DNA from: Terriglobia bacterium
GTDB lineage: Bacteria > Acidobacteriota > Terriglobia > 20CM-2-55-15
DNA length: 64,000 nucleotides
Assembly: GCA_965198225.1 (NCBI GenBank)
Contig: CBDAOY010000009.1
Span: forward strand, 352,001 to 416,000
Direction: 5' to 3'
Shown here: piece after piece, positions 1 to 10,062 of the stretch
Position numbering within the stretch: position 1 is the stretch's first letter
How the letters are laid out: every line of letters starts with the position of its first letter
Program-made: the position numbers and the translations under genes
The notes under the pieces: generated by a model
Seen by the model: the letters and a program-made list of their open reading frames with translations, nothing else
Database searches by the model: none
Told to the model about the DNA's origin: nothing

Positions 1-449
1 TCGAACATCTGGGAAACGTGAATGCCCTTGTCTTCGAGCGCCGGCGGCAGGTTGAAACAGAAGGACAGATACGCCCGATCGGACCGCTTCATGCCCATCC
101 GGTGTCGGGCCCCGGACGCCCAGCTCAGCAGATTGGTCTCGCGAAAACTGTGGAAATCCACAACGAGGTCAAAGCCCCTGGCCCGCACGTCACGAACAAG
201 CCGCCGGATGTCTCCGAGTGCGCGGAAGACGGGACCGTCCCGCATCGCCAGTCGGTCCACCGACAGCACCGCGTCCAGGTGCGGACACAGCCGCGCAAGC
301 GGAGCACACCGACTACCGGTCATTAGAGAAAGTCGGGCTTCCGGAAAGGAGGCTTTCAGGCGCGCAAGGGCGGGCAACAGCAGCGCGACGTCTCCGAGCC
401 GCGCAAATCGGATGGCCAGGATCTCGCCGATACCCCGGAGCTCGGTCAC
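1..449 (-). CDS. Glycosyltransferase family 9 (LPS heptosyltransferase-like), runs off the window edge
   Basis: Not in the ORF track. Manual translation from GTG at 449 (overlapping the TGA of the upstream gene) gives MTELRGIGEILAIRFARLGDVALLLPALARLKASFPEARLSLMT..., the typical GT9 N-terminus (ILxIR..xLGD..L..P). Confidence 0.8.
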   Translation of the reverse strand, partial: MTELRGIGEILAIRFARLGDVALLLPALARLKASFPEARLSLMTGSRCAPLARLCPHLDAVLSVDRLAMRDGPVFRALGDIRRLVRDVRARGFDLVVDFHSFRETNLLSWASGARHRMGMKRSDRAYLSFCFNLPPALEDKGIHVSQMF

Positions 450-1072
450 GGAACGATCAGCCCGCTGCCTTCTTCCTGCTTCTCCGCCGGCACCATCGTC
501 GCGAGCCAGTCCAGGTACTTCCGACTCTTCGGCCGGCCGCTTGAATGGAACTCGGCGGTTGAGATCATAAAGTCGACCACCTCCAGCGCCTCGGATATTT
601 TGAGCGATGTCCCGTCCTCCTGGGCCGCCATCAGCTGGTCACAAGCGGTCTTCATCCGATCAAAGAGGGCGGTTGCGAGGACGTTGTTTTCGGGCGTCGT
701 CTCGTAATAGAGGCCACTCGAGAGGGTATTCAAAGTTGACTTCAGGGACTGAAAGGCTTCGGCAGCATCCTGATCGACGACGTTCGGAATCCGGCTCCTC
801 TCCTCGACGATCACGCGCGCGAGCGTCGCGATCACCGGAGCGTGCCGGTAGAGAAACTGTTCGTCGAACTTCCGGCCCGCCCGTGGGGCCCGACGAGCGG
901 AGCGCCGCTCCGATTCGAATGTACGGCCCGTCTGGAGATAGGTGCAATCACTCGGGCAGTCGATCTCGACTTCGCGCTTCGTTCCGCAGCAGACCGGACA
1001 GATCTTGGTCGCCTTCGCGGGACAGTGACGCTTCGCAGCCCGGGTGTTGCAAAGAGGACACTTAGCGGCCAT
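446..1072 (-). CDS. Hypothetical protein with N-terminal Cys-rich zinc-binding domain
   Basis: 208 aa; CPLC..RHCPA..ICPVCCG..IDCPSDCTYL cluster; translationally coupled to the GT9 gene. Confidence 0.75.
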   Translation of the reverse strand: MAAKCPLCNTRAAKRHCPAKATKICPVCCGTKREVEIDCPSDCTYLQTGRTFESERRSARRAPRAGRKFDEQFLYRHAPVIATLARVIVEERSRIPNVVDQDAAEAFQSLKSTLNTLSSGLYYETTPENNVLATALFDRMKTACDQLMAAQEDGTSLKISEALEVVDFMISTAEFHSSGRPKSRKYLDWLATMVPAEKQEEGSGLIVP

Positions 1073-1088
1073 CAGTGGCGCAGTATAG

Positions 1089-1112
1089 CATACGGTTTTC
1101 GACCCGGTTCAG
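1089..1112. repeat. 24-bp direct repeat, copy 1 (catacggttttcgacccggttcag)
   Basis: Identical copy at 2313-2336; both are followed shortly by ctagtggcctgtaa. Confidence 0.9.
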
Positions 1113-1261
1113 GCCTCTAGTGGCCTGTAACAGATGACTCAGGCCGCCCGCTTACAGGTTATGTTTCGAGTTTCTGCAAAAAGGGGTCCTGAAATAGGAA
1201 GGGGCCAGGGTATCTCCGAAAAGTTGGTAACCAACAACTTTGAAACGAAGGAGATGAACCG

Positions 1262-2310
1262 ATGGCCCGAACTAAGATTAAGCGAAAGGGAGTGGATTGG
1301 AAAGAACTGTTAGGAGAGGAAAAGGATCTGCTGAAAAGCGTCGTGCAGGAGGTGGTTCAGGAAATTCTCGAGGGGGAGATGGAGCAGGTTGTGGCCGCGG
1401 CCAAGAGTGAACGAACGGCGGGGCGGACCGGATATCGGAGTGGCTATTACGAGCGGGACCTGGTCACGCGGGTGGGCAAGCTCGCGCGTGCCGCAGGACC
1501 GGGCCAGCGGAGTGTTTGCGCTACCAACGCAGCGAGAAAGCTTTCGCGTGCCCGGTCGACGCGCAAGGTCAAGGCCATCACTTCGAGAATTATCGGACAT
1601 TCGTTTTCGGCCGCACGATCAGCCGGATTAATAAGACACTGGACACGGAGCTGAAAAAGTTTGCGCGCGAGCATTGGAGGAAGAATACCCGTACGTGATT
1701 CTGGATGCGCGCTACGAGAAGGTGCGCCAAGACGGGGTCATCCGGAGCCGAGCGGTTCTGGTGGCGATCGGCCTTCAACTGGGACGGGAGGCGCGGTGTG
1801 TTGGCGGTGGAACTAGCACGGCCAGTTGGCGGGAACTGTTACTGAGTTTGAAACAACGCGGCTTGTCGGCGTGGAGTTCGTGGTGACCGACAATCATGCC
1901 GGGTTGAAGAAAGCCATCGCAGAAGTCCTCGAAGGCGATCGCAACGCTGCTACGTGAGAAACGCATTGGATTATCTGCCGCGCAAAGCCGATGACTCTCG
2001 CGTTGGCTCTACGACCGGCGTCCAGGAGGCGCGGCAGGACCTGGCGGCATGGTTGAGCAAGTGGGGGCAGCAAAGACTGGGTCGAAGACAATATCGACGA
2101 GACACTAAGCTTCTTGGTCAGCCTGAAATCCACCAATATGCTGGAACGGCTCAACAGTCAAACGGCGAACGCGCGCGGATATTCGCAGCCCTGGGTTTGT
2201 CGGGCGCTGACCACCGAAAACGAGAAGGATCGAAGCGATCCGCTACTTGAACATGGCCTGTTGAAGGAACAAAAGGGACTGGCACCGTCAGACGCCGGCT
2301 GCCTAAATAG
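1262..2310 (+). pseudogene. IS256-family transposase, heavily eroded
   Basis: IS256 motifs spread over several frames: GYRSGYYERDLVTRVGKL, VPQDR, RYQRSEKA, STRKVKAIT, EYPYVILDARYEKVR, RNALDYLPRK, LKSTNMLERLN. Many small deletions. Confidence 0.9.
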
Positions 2311-2312
2311 AC

Positions 2313-2336
2313 CATACGGTTTTCGACCCGGTTCAG
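2313..2336. repeat. 24-bp direct repeat, copy 2
   Basis: Identical to 1089-1112. Confidence 0.9.
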
Positions 2337-2392
2337 TATCCTGGAGCGAAAAATCGCTAGTGGCCTGTAAGAAAGAAACGCAGAGACCTGAT

Positions 2393-2495
2393 GGAAATGA
2401 CGCCTCAGAGGAAATCCGCCAAAAGGCACGGATTCCCTCTGAGGCTTGGAAAAGCTTCGCCAAGAACGCTCAGCTTTCCCACATTCCCACAGGCC
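2393..2495. repeat. Structured palindromic element (ggaaatgac...ttcccacattcccac type)
   Basis: Nested inverted repeats cctcagagg/cctctgagg and aatccg/cggatt; resembles a dispersed repeat often seen near IS ends. Confidence 0.5.
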
Positions 2496-2546
2496 CGACT
2501 CATTTTTCGGAAATACTTTTTGCCGCCTCGCTTACACCCCGCCCGT

Positions 2547-2576
2547 TTGACTTTACGGGCCCCTCTTCGCGATAAT
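2547..2576 (+). promoter_or_regulatory. Putative sigma70 promoter for rpsU
   Basis: TTGACT-N18-GATAAT, 40 bp upstream of the start codon. Confidence 0.5.
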
Positions 2577-2616
2577 CGGAATCTATGCTTATGCCAAGAT
2601 TGGGGGTGTGTACCGA

Positions 2617-2820
2617 GTGGCTGAAGTAAGGGTTCAAGAGGGCGAATCGATCGAGAACGCTCTTCGCCGCTTCAAGAGAAAGGTCCAGCAAGAGGACATC
2701 ATCAAGGAGGTCAAGAGGCACTCCTTCTACCTGAAGCCCGGCGAAAAGAAGCGGATCAAGCAGGCGCTGGCCCGGAAACGGAGCCGGAAGAAGATCCGCC
2801 GCCGTACCTCCGACGACTAA
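2617..2820 (+). CDS. rpsU: 30S ribosomal protein S21
   Basis: MAEVRVQEGESIENALRRFKRKVQQEDIIKEVKRHSFYLKPGEKKR; GTG start at 2617. Confidence 0.97.
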   Translation: MAEVRVQEGESIENALRRFKRKVQQEDIIKEVKRHSFYLKPGEKKRIKQALARKRSRKKIRRRTSDD

Positions 2821-2842
2821 TACGTCAAGTACTACATAGTGC

Positions 2843-2875
2843 AGAAAGGCTCCCGGCTTCCGGGAGCCTTTCTTA
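2843..2875 (+). terminator. Hairpin terminator after rpsU (possibly bidirectional)
   Basis: agaaaggctcccgg-ctt-ccgggagcctttct. Confidence 0.8.
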
Positions 2876-2912
2876 GTTCTGGGCAGGTTGACGCCAGCCT
2901 GCGGCCTTGAAA

Positions 2913-3385
2913 TCAGCCATCCGACCGGATCTTCTTGATTGCTTGCAGCTGATGGAGTGAAAGCTTGTCGGGCCGACCCAGGTGCTCCCGGATCGCAATC
3001 AAATCGTCGATATGGATAACTTCGAGATTCAGCCCTCAGACATTCATGTCGATCGCACGATCCGAAACCGCCAGGTAATCACCGAGCGGCTCAAGGTAAC
3101 CGATCAAGTCGAAGTCTCCGAACCTTGTAGTGAACGCAAAATTGCGCCGAGGGCGAGAGATTGCTCATCGATACGAAACGGAAGATCGGCCGGAGCATTC
3201 CTTGGACACGGCTGGAGCTGGTTCAGCGCGGCTACGAGCCTTCAAGTTCTCTGCCGACCGCTGTTGACACGAGGACTGCCGTGCAGGAGCTCGGCTTGTC
3301 CGCCGATAACATTGAACTCGACTTGGTGCGACTCCAGGATCGCCGCAATCTCTTCAAGAGCGCTCTTGTCGGTTTCGTCGGCCAT
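2913..3385 (-). pseudogene. Nucleotidyltransferase-fold protein (DUF6036/AbiEii-like), disrupted
   Basis: Manual translation: MADETDKSALEEIAAILESHQVEFNVIGGQAELLHGSPRV, then the expected TxDxD motif is missing, followed by frameshifts and an in-frame stop; later segments FTTRFGDFDLIG and IDDLIAIREHLGRPDK are typical of the family. Confidence 0.75.
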
Positions 3386-3560
3386 AGTCCAGAAGCCTTA
3401 AGGCATCGCGGCGCGCCCGGTCGCCACGACGAACGTGTTCGGTCGGAGTAAGCTGAAGGCACTCGCGGATCAGCGTCAGGTCGATCCCGTTACAGTCCTG
3501 CTCGCCGTAATCCAGACGGGAATCGTCGTCGCCCCGGTCAATCTGGCGCTTTGAGCCCAC
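3354..3560 (-). CDS. Small putative partner (antitoxin-like) of the nucleotidyltransferase
   Basis: NGIDLTLIRECLQLTPTEHVRR motif; overlaps the NTase start; GTG at 3560 after a G-rich RBS. Confidence 0.55.
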   Translation of the reverse strand: MGSKRQIDRGDDDSRLDYGEQDCNGIDLTLIRECLQLTPTEHVRRGDRARRDALRLLDYGRRNRQERS

Positions 3561-3705
3561 CCCCCTATTATGTCCGACCCTCTGCTCTTTTGGAGACCGA
3601 AAGACGAACGCGCCGGTTCCGGACATCGCCAGGGTCAGCCCTGAGGGGGTCCGTCCGCTCTGACTCGGACACCGGGCATCTTCTACCCCCTGATTCCCAC
3701 TCGGT

Positions 3706-4848
3706 TTATTGCGGGTGAGTGTCTAGGTGAGGTGCTGCGGGGTCCGGCAAGTTGAATCTGCCGCCACTCACGGACGAAGATTGATCTATGGCATTGTTCT
3801 GTAAGCCACCGCTTACCGAGGAAAATTTCCCGCTGGCAAAATTATTGGATCCGCCGCTGACGGCAGCATATTCTCCAGTGGCCCAGTTGAATGTACCGCC
3901 GGTGACGGAGGAACGAAGGGCAAAGGCGCGATTGGCATACCCGCCGCTGACCGAAGAATAGATCCCGCTGGCCGTGTTGTTGTCGCCGCCGCCCGCCCAG
4001 GAAAGGAGCCCGCTCGCCGTATTGCCTACCCCACCGCTCGCCGAGGAGGTGTGGCCACTGGCAGCGTTTTGCTGCCCGCCGCTCACCGACGAAACGATCC
4101 CGCTGGCCGTGTTGAAATTCCCACCGCTTATTGCGGAATACCAGCCGCTGGCGGTGTTTTTCGTTCCACCGGTCACCGAGGAAAAGAGCCCGTTCGTGGC
4201 ATTCAATAGCCCGACGACGATACCACCGACACTGGTGTAATTGAGGTTCTCGCCGACCACGAGCATATGAGATCCCGTTCGATCGTCGGGTCCGTTCGGG
4301 TCGTTGGGAGCTCTAGGTTCGTTATAGCCGATGATGACGTTGCCCAAGGCGTTAGTGCGCCTGGTGTCCCCCAATCCGTTGGCTACGTGCAGGTTGGCAC
4401 CGGTAATGAAGATCTCGTTTTGATCGCGACTGAAGTGAACGAGCAAATCTTGTAACTCGTCCACTTCCGGGGCCTGGTCGGCGTGGTGCTGGCCGGGGAG
4501 AACATTCGTCAGGTCGGCGTGATCCCCGCTGAAGCGGGGGCCGACTGCGCCAACAGCCTCCGCGTCCGTGTAACGTGGTTGGTGTATGGCGGTATCGTCG
4601 ATGTGCGTCCCCACCTGTCCAAGCAGGGCGTTGAGCCCTGCCTCCAGCGCGTCTACCTGAGCCTGGAGCGCGACGTTCTGCTGTTCCAGCGCGGTTACGC
4701 GAGCCGCGAGGCTGGAGCCGCCTGTTCCTCCAGTTGGCTTACCCGGTGGCTTCGGTGGTTTCCCCTGGGAAAACGCCAACGGGCCTGCAACGAGGAGCAA
4801 TACGACAACAACCGCCGTGACGGCGGACCGAACAAACATTTTCAGCAT
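3706..4848 (-). CDS. Secreted trimeric fibre/adhesin-like protein with coiled coil and 14-aa Gly-rich repeats
   Basis: Signal peptide, coiled coil (LAARVTALEQQNVALQAQVDALE), about 10 repeats of S-S-V-S-GG-x-x-N-x-A-S-G; RBS aggag before ATG 4848. Confidence 0.8.
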   Translation of the reverse strand: MLKMFVRSAVTAVVVVLLLVAGPLAFSQGKPPKPPGKPTGGTGGSSLAARVTALEQQNVALQAQVDALEAGLNALLGQVGTHIDDTAIHQPRYTDAEAVGAVGPRFSGDHADLTNVLPGQHHADQAPEVDELQDLLVHFSRDQNEIFITGANLHVANGLGDTRRTNALGNVIIGYNEPRAPNDPNGPDDRTGSHMLVVGENLNYTSVGGIVVGLLNATNGLFSSVTGGTKNTASGWYSAISGGNFNTASGIVSSVSGGQQNAASGHTSSASGGVGNTASGLLSWAGGGDNNTASGIYSSVSGGYANRAFALRSSVTGGTFNWATGEYAAVSGGSNNFASGKFSSVSGGLQNNAIDQSSSVSGGRFNLPDPAAPHLDTHPQ

Positions 4849-4900
4849 GATCTCCTCCTGCGACAAATAACGACACTGAGCGAAAGTGTCCCTACGGTTC

Positions 4901-6094
4901 TCATCGTTTCCTCCCGTCAGCCACCTTTTGAGTCAATTCCTCGAGTTCTTGCTGCAAAATCCGGATCTGGTCTTGCTGTTCCTTCATGGCCTCGATGAGC
5001 AATGCGGTGATCCGTGCGTAGTCGACAGACCTGGCGTCCTGTCCGTTCGGCTCGTAGACGACTACTTCCGGAACGACTTCGCCGACCTCTTCGGCAATCA
5101 GGCCAATGTCGCGCTCTCCGTCGGACTTCCGGTCATAAGCCACACCACGGAGTCCCAGAACTTTCGCAAGTGCACCTTCCAGTGTGTGGATGTTCGTCTT
5201 CCACCGTCGCGAACTGTACGTGGTCAAGTCATGAATATCGCCCCCTGAACCGAGGCCTACATAGTGGCCGTTGAATGATCCAGTTCCAGCGACAAAAACC
5301 CACCCCGGACCAATTGGAGTTCCATCGCGGTAGCTGCGGAGACCGTGCCTGCCGTCAGTGTGAATGGACTCAAACTGAAAATACGCGTCCGGGTTCATGT
5401 TGTTGTCGACGCGCAATCCGGACAGAAACGTGGAGCCTGCGCCGCCTCTCCCAGGCAAGCGGCCCTGGGGCGTCAAATGAAGCTTCGCCCGAGGATCCGC
5501 CGTCCCGATACCGACGTTGCCGTCGGAGTAGAAGATGTCTGCCGGTTCGACTCCCGGAGCCCATGGCGTCTCCCCGTCAGCTCCGGCTGGCCCGATCGGT
5601 CCCGTTGCCCCCTGGACGCCTTGTGCCCCTGCGGAACCCTCCGGACCCGGCTCTCCCTGGATGCCCTGCGGCCCGGCTGGTCCCACCGGTCCCTGTGTCC
5701 CGATCGTTACGTCCAGGCTGGCAAATCCGTTGGGGGATGGATCACGTATTACCGTCAAGAGATAGGTGCCGGGGGTCGACTGCACAAAGGCGGGTAGCTC
5801 GGCCACGATTCGCGGCGGAACCTCGCCGGTAAAAGCAGCCACAGCAGGCACCCCGTTGAAGGTCACCGCGGGCACGGATGCACCAAAGTTCACACCCTCG
5901 ATCAAGACCACGGGAGTTGGCAGCGCGTCCAGGTTGACCATCGCGTTCACGATGGTCAGCTGGGCGCCCGATCCTCCGGCTGGCTTCCCGGATGGAATCG
6001 GGGGTTTCCCCTGGGGAACCGCCGACACGCCCGCTACGATGAACGAAACGACAACCACCACAACGACGGCGGACCGCGTCAACATTCTCAGCAT
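4901..6094 (-). CDS. Secreted collagen-like protein with C-terminal Peptidase_S74 (intramolecular chaperone) domain
   Basis: Signal peptide, Ig/IPT-like segment, Gly-X-Y run ([19 protein letters not shown]...), GNVGIGT motif, [12 protein letters not shown]...IGLIAEEV...VDY...LIEAMKEQQ. Confidence 0.85.
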   Translation of the reverse strand: MLRMLTRSAVVVVVVVSFIVAGVSAVPQGKPPIPSGKPAGGSGAQLTIVNAMVNLDALPTPVVLIEGVNFGASVPAVTFNGVPAVAAFTGEVPPRIVAELPAFVQSTPGTYLLTVIRDPSPNGFASLDVTIGTQGPVGPAGPQGIQGEPGPEGSAGAQGVQGATGPIGPAGADGETPWAPGVEPADIFYSDGNVGIGTADPRAKLHLTPQGRLPGRGGAGSTFLSGLRVDNNMNPDAYFQFESIHTDGRHGLRSYRDGTPIGPGWVFVAGTGSFNGHYVGLGSGGDIHDLTTYSSRRWKTNIHTLEGALAKVLGLRGVAYDRKSDGERDIGLIAEEVGEVVPEVVVYEPNGQDARSVDYARITALLIEAMKEQQDQIRILQQELEELTQKVADGRKR

Positions 6095-6183
6095 GATCTC
6101 CTCCTTACTATCATCAACCCAACCATCGCTCGTCGCAGAGCAGCAATCTTCGTCCTGGTGTCATTTTGATTTGTCCTCCAAGA

Positions 6184-6234
6184 GCTCACCCTGTACGGTT
6201 TGTGCTGCCGGCACAACAGGCAAGGTGGGACATC
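6184..6234. repeat. 51-bp direct repeat, copy 1, containing the palindrome TTGTGC-N5-GCACAA
   Basis: Identical copy at 6539-6589. Confidence 0.9.
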
Positions 6235-6538
6235 ACATTGTTCGGATCTTGGAGCATTGAATTGGGAATCAGGCAGGGCTCCGGATTTGGTAAAGACTCC
6301 TATCGATGCCGAGGCGCATGATGTTCACCGCATTCGCGTAGACTTGACCCGATCCATTTCGACCTGCGACTTGTAGATCTGAGTGATGGTGAGAGTTGTT
6401 GGTCCTTCGCCGGCGAAGTAGCTGTCCTCCAAAGTTCATTGTTCGGCGCCAGGGCTCCGGTAGAAGCAATGTTTTCGCGAACCCGCCTCGACTGCCATGA
6501 CCCGCCGCTCCAACTGGCTCCGAGGCAGACTGGTCTGG

Positions 6539-6589
6539 GCTCACCCTGTACGGTTTGTGCTGCCGGCACAACAGGCAAGGTGGGACATC
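6539..6589. repeat. 51-bp direct repeat, copy 2
   Basis: Identical to 6184-6234. Confidence 0.9.
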
Positions 6590-6671
6590 TTGAGACATGT
6601 TTGACCGATTCCCCTCAAATGGGCGAAAATACCGGTCAATCCCCCACGATTCGAGCTTAGGAGAGCCTCCG

Positions 6672-8891
6672 ATGAGTGACGCGCGAGAGCGCCTGGATTC
6701 CTGGAAAGAGATCGCGGCGTACCTCAATCGGGACGTTCGGACGGTCCGGCGATGGGAGACCGCCGAAGGTCTCCCGGTGCACCGGCATGTCCACGCGAAG
6801 AAAGGGACCGTCTACGCCTACCGCGCGGAAATCGATGCCTGGTTGGCCACCCGGAAAGACAACTCCAGCCCGCTCAATGGGATTCCCTCAGCCCGGGAAT
6901 GGACAGGCTGGCAGGGCCATGTGGGTAGCCGGGCTTGCCATTGGAGCTCTACTGTTGGCAGGCTCGACGTGGTGGGTGACCCGCAACGGGTCTTCGGAAA
7001 CAGTACTCGATTTCAACGAGCGCGACTGGGTGCTCATTACCGACTTCGAGAACCGGACCGGAGATTCATCGTTCGACGGATGGTCGAGTACGCTCTCGAA
7101 CGCGAGTTGAGCAATTCTCCGTTCGTCAACGTCGTCCCGGCCGAACGGGTCCAGGACACCTTGCGATTGATGAGGTTGCCGCTTGATAGCCCGATCGAAG
7201 CGGCCCTCGGACGCGAGATTGCTCAACGGGATGGTGAGGTTCGCGTACTACTGGCGGGACGCGTCGAGGTGATCGACTCCACCTACCTCTTGTCCGTGCA
7301 ATTGATAGGCCCGCGTGAAGGCGCGGCCGTGGCCGCCACAAGCAAAGAAGCAAAGGGAGAAGCTGAAGTACTGCCGACTTTGCGGGTTCTGTCGGACTGG
7401 ACCCGGGAAACACTGGGTGAGAAGTTGACGGTCGCCGCCGCGCCAGACCGGAGGCTGGAGAAAGTAACCACCCCGTCGCTGTCGGCACTGAAGCTGTACT
7501 CTCAAGCGGTGGAGCTGACGCACGCCCCGCGGGAGTGGCCGGTGATCGAGCAACTGCTGAGACAGGCGGTGCAGGAAGACCCGGATTTCGCTACAGCGCA
7601 TATCTATCTGGCCCATGCCATAAGGAACCAGGGCAAGCCTCTGGAAGAGTACATGCCCTACGCGGACCGGGCCGCTCGACTGGCTCCAGGGACTTCTGAT
7701 AGTGAGCGTCACTTCATTCTGGGCAGTTTCCATGCACTGAAAGGGCGGTACGAAGAGGCGCTGACCGCTTTTCGGACACATCTGGAATTCGCCCCGGATG
7801 ACTACTGGGGCCGAAACAACCTGGCTGCAATGTACCGAGCGTTGGACCGGCGGAGTGAAGCCGCAGTGTCCTTCGCCAGGGTGGCTGATCTCCGTCCCAA
7901 TGACTTTAGCCTCAATGCCCAGGCTTCCGGCTCGCTCGCCCGAAAAAACCTGCTGGGTCTTGCTCGGGAATACAATCGGCAAGCACTGGAGCTGCTTCGT
8001 GACATGCCGGCAACAGGCAATCCCCTCAAGGCGGACGTTGAGCTTTTCTCGGCCTGGGGATATCTACAGCATGGCGATCCGCGAAGCGCCCTGGGCGAGG
8101 CCAATCGTCTGAGAAAGAAATTGGCTTCGCTGAACAATCGTCAGAAGCTCCTTTACGTCCATCCCCTGGGCAAACTCTACCTGACAATCGGAAAACTTCG
8201 GCAGGCGGAAGATCTCTATGAGGACGCCGAGGTCTGGAACCTCAGCACTGAAGTTAAGTACAGCTTCGACTCGCATAGAATCGCGGCCGGGTTCAGCCGA
8301 ACCGGGCGGTTTCTCGAGTCTTTCGATGAAAGCCAAATAGAGTTGACGCTGGTGGTACCGGTAGTGTTGGCTCGACTGGGTCGGACGAGCCGTGCCGACA
8401 GGTCCATGTCGCAGGTGCGGACCGATTTTGCAACTTTGGTGACCGAGGATCTCCTGAGCATATACAGCGGTGAACTCGCTCTCGCAAGGGGACGAACCGC
8501 CGAGGCGGCTCGTCTTCTTCAAGAAGGCTTGGAGGTCAGCAAGCAGCGGCGTGGACCTGAAACACATTTTCTCGCGGCAGAATCCCTGGCCATGCTCTTC
8601 GAACAACGCGGGGATACCGGAAGGGCGGCTCGACTTCTGGAGGACTGGTCCGGTCCCGAGGCAAGGGCGTGGGTTTTCTACAGTAATGGTCGACCCACAT
8701 CCCCTTACTGGATATCAACACGCTTCAAACTGGCGGCCTTGTACCGTCGAATGGGGCGCGACGACCAGGCCGCCGCGATTGAATCGGAGCTGCGCGATCT
8801 GCTTGCCCTCGCCGATGCGGATCACAACATCGCGATGGAGCTCCAGCAACTGGCGAACCTTGCCAAGCAGACCGCACCGGTCAACGAGTAG
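6672..8891 (+). CDS. Membrane-anchored one-component regulator: HTH (LDSWKEIA type) + TM + TolB-like/TPR; two compensating frameshifts
   Basis: LDSWKEIAAYLNRDVRTVRRWE...GLPVHR; TPR-like helices. The TM helix and DWVLITDFENRTGD segment lie in the alternative frame (about 6880-7080). Confidence 0.8.
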   Translation: MSDARERLDSWKEIAAYLNRDVRTVRRWETAEGLPVHRHVHAKKGTVYAYRAEIDAWLATRKDNSSPLNGIPSAREWTGWQGHVGSRACHWSSTVGRLDVVGDPQRVFGNSTRFQRARLGAHYRLREPDRRFIVRRMVEYALERELSNSPFVNVVPAERVQDTLRLMRLPLDSPIEAALGREIAQRDGEVRVLLAGRVEVIDSTYLLSVQLIGPREGAAVAATSKEAKGEAEVLPTLRVLSDWTRETLGEKLTVAAAPDRRLEKVTTPSLSALKLYSQAVELTHAPREWPVIEQLLRQAVQEDPDFATAHIYLAHAIRNQGKPLEEYMPYADRAARLAPGTSDSERHFILGSFHALKGRYEEALTAFRTHLEFAPDDYWGRNNLAAMYRALDRRSEAAVSFARVADLRPNDFSLNAQASGSLARKNLLGLAREYNRQALELLRDMPATGNPLKADVELFSAWGYLQHGDPRSALGEANRLRKKLASLNNRQKLLYVHPLGKLYLTIGKLRQAEDLYEDAEVWNLSTEVKYSFDSHRIAAGFSRTGRFLESFDESQIELTLVVPVVLARLGRTSRADRSMSQVRTDFATLVTEDLLSIYSGELALARGRTAEAARLLQEGLEVSKQRRGPETHFLAAESLAMLFEQRGDTGRAARLLEDWSGPEARAWVFYSNGRPTSPYWISTRFKLAALYRRMGRDDQAAAIESELRDLLALADADHNIAMELQQLANLAKQTAPVNE

Positions 8892-9022
8892 ATGAGCGAG
8901 ATCATCACATCAGCCGCCCAATCCACCGGCGGCCGTTTCTCGATCTCTCAAACTCGTCTGACGGCGCCGATCGAGAGTGGGTTTCGTGGAAACGGTGCGA
9001 TGAACCGGAGGGGATCCGTCGC

Positions 9023-10018
9023 CTAAGACAAAGCCGTGACGGCCGTGACGTCCACGACGTCTTCCACGGAACATCCGCGCGATAAATCATTCCCCGGCTT
9101 TGCCAGGCCTTGCAGGATCGGCCCCAGCGCACGGGCGCCGGCGAGTCTCTCGGTGAGTTTGTAGGCAATGTTTCCGGACTGAAGGTCGGGGAAAACAAGA
9201 GTGTTCGCTCGCCCCTGAACCGGACTGGCCCCCGCCTTTGCTTTCGCTACCTCCGGAACCAAGGCAGCGTCTGCCTGAAGCTCCCCATCGATGACCAGGT
9301 TTCCGTTACGCGCACATGCCGTTTGTGCGGCCCGGCGGACGCGGTCGACCAGCGCGTGCTCGGCACTGCCCTTGGTCGAAAACGAGAGGAAAGCCACGCG
9401 GGGCTCGCAGCCGAGCAGCTTGCGGGTATTGGCGGCAGCCTGAAGCGCAATCTCCGCAAGTTGCGGGGCGGTGGGAACCGGTACCACGGCACAATCGGTA
9501 AAAACAAGGCCTCCGCGTTCCCCGTGGTCGCTGGAGGGCAACGCCATCAGGAAGTAACTGGACACAATCGATGAGTCCGGGGCCATGCCGATGCAGCGTA
9601 TGGCTGCGCGCACGGTGTCGGCCGTTCGCGTCGACGCACCACCGACGAACCCATCCGCATCTCCGGCACGGACCATTGCGGCCGCAAAGTACATCGGGTC
9701 TTGCAGACGGTCCTGAGCCTCGAGTTCCGTCGTCCCTTTGGCTCGCCAGTCGGTCAGGAGCATCTCCGCGTAACGCTCGATGGTCGAGGTATCGGGATGA
9801 ACGACTTCCACTTTCGAAAGGTTCAGGCTGAGTGAACGGGCCTGTTCAGCGACCCGGTCGGAATTACCCACGAGCACCGGTCGGGCAATCCCTTCCTTCG
9901 CCACGATCCCCGCGGCCTTCAAGATCCGCGCGTCCCCGGATTCGGGGTACACGACCTTCCGGGAAGCGGACGCCGCCCGGCTTCTGATGTCCTCGATGAT
10001 GGGGTATGTGTTTGCCAC
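9023..10018 (-). CDS. pta: Phosphate acetyltransferase
   Basis: [63 protein letters not shown]. Confidence 0.95.
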   Translation of the reverse strand: MANTYPIIEDIRSRAASASRKVVYPESGDARILKAAGIVAKEGIARPVLVGNSDRVAEQARSLSLNLSKVEVVHPDTSTIERYAEMLLTDWRAKGTTELEAQDRLQDPMYFAAAMVRAGDADGFVGGASTRTADTVRAAIRCIGMAPDSSIVSSYFLMALPSSDHGERGGLVFTDCAVVPVPTAPQLAEIALQAAANTRKLLGCEPRVAFLSFSTKGSAEHALVDRVRRAAQTACARNGNLVIDGELQADAALVPEVAKAKAGASPVQGRANTLVFPDLQSGNIAYKLTERLAGARALGPILQGLAKPGNDLSRGCSVEDVVDVTAVTALS

Positions 10019-10062
10019 GTCCTAACTCTACAGGCGGGAAGCGACGGGTAGCAAGAGAGGAC

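Noticed and set aside
6184-6589. Prophage att sites, or phage origin for the S74 fibre gene
   Set aside because: No integrase, capsid, terminase or other phage genes; both fibre proteins have signal peptides.
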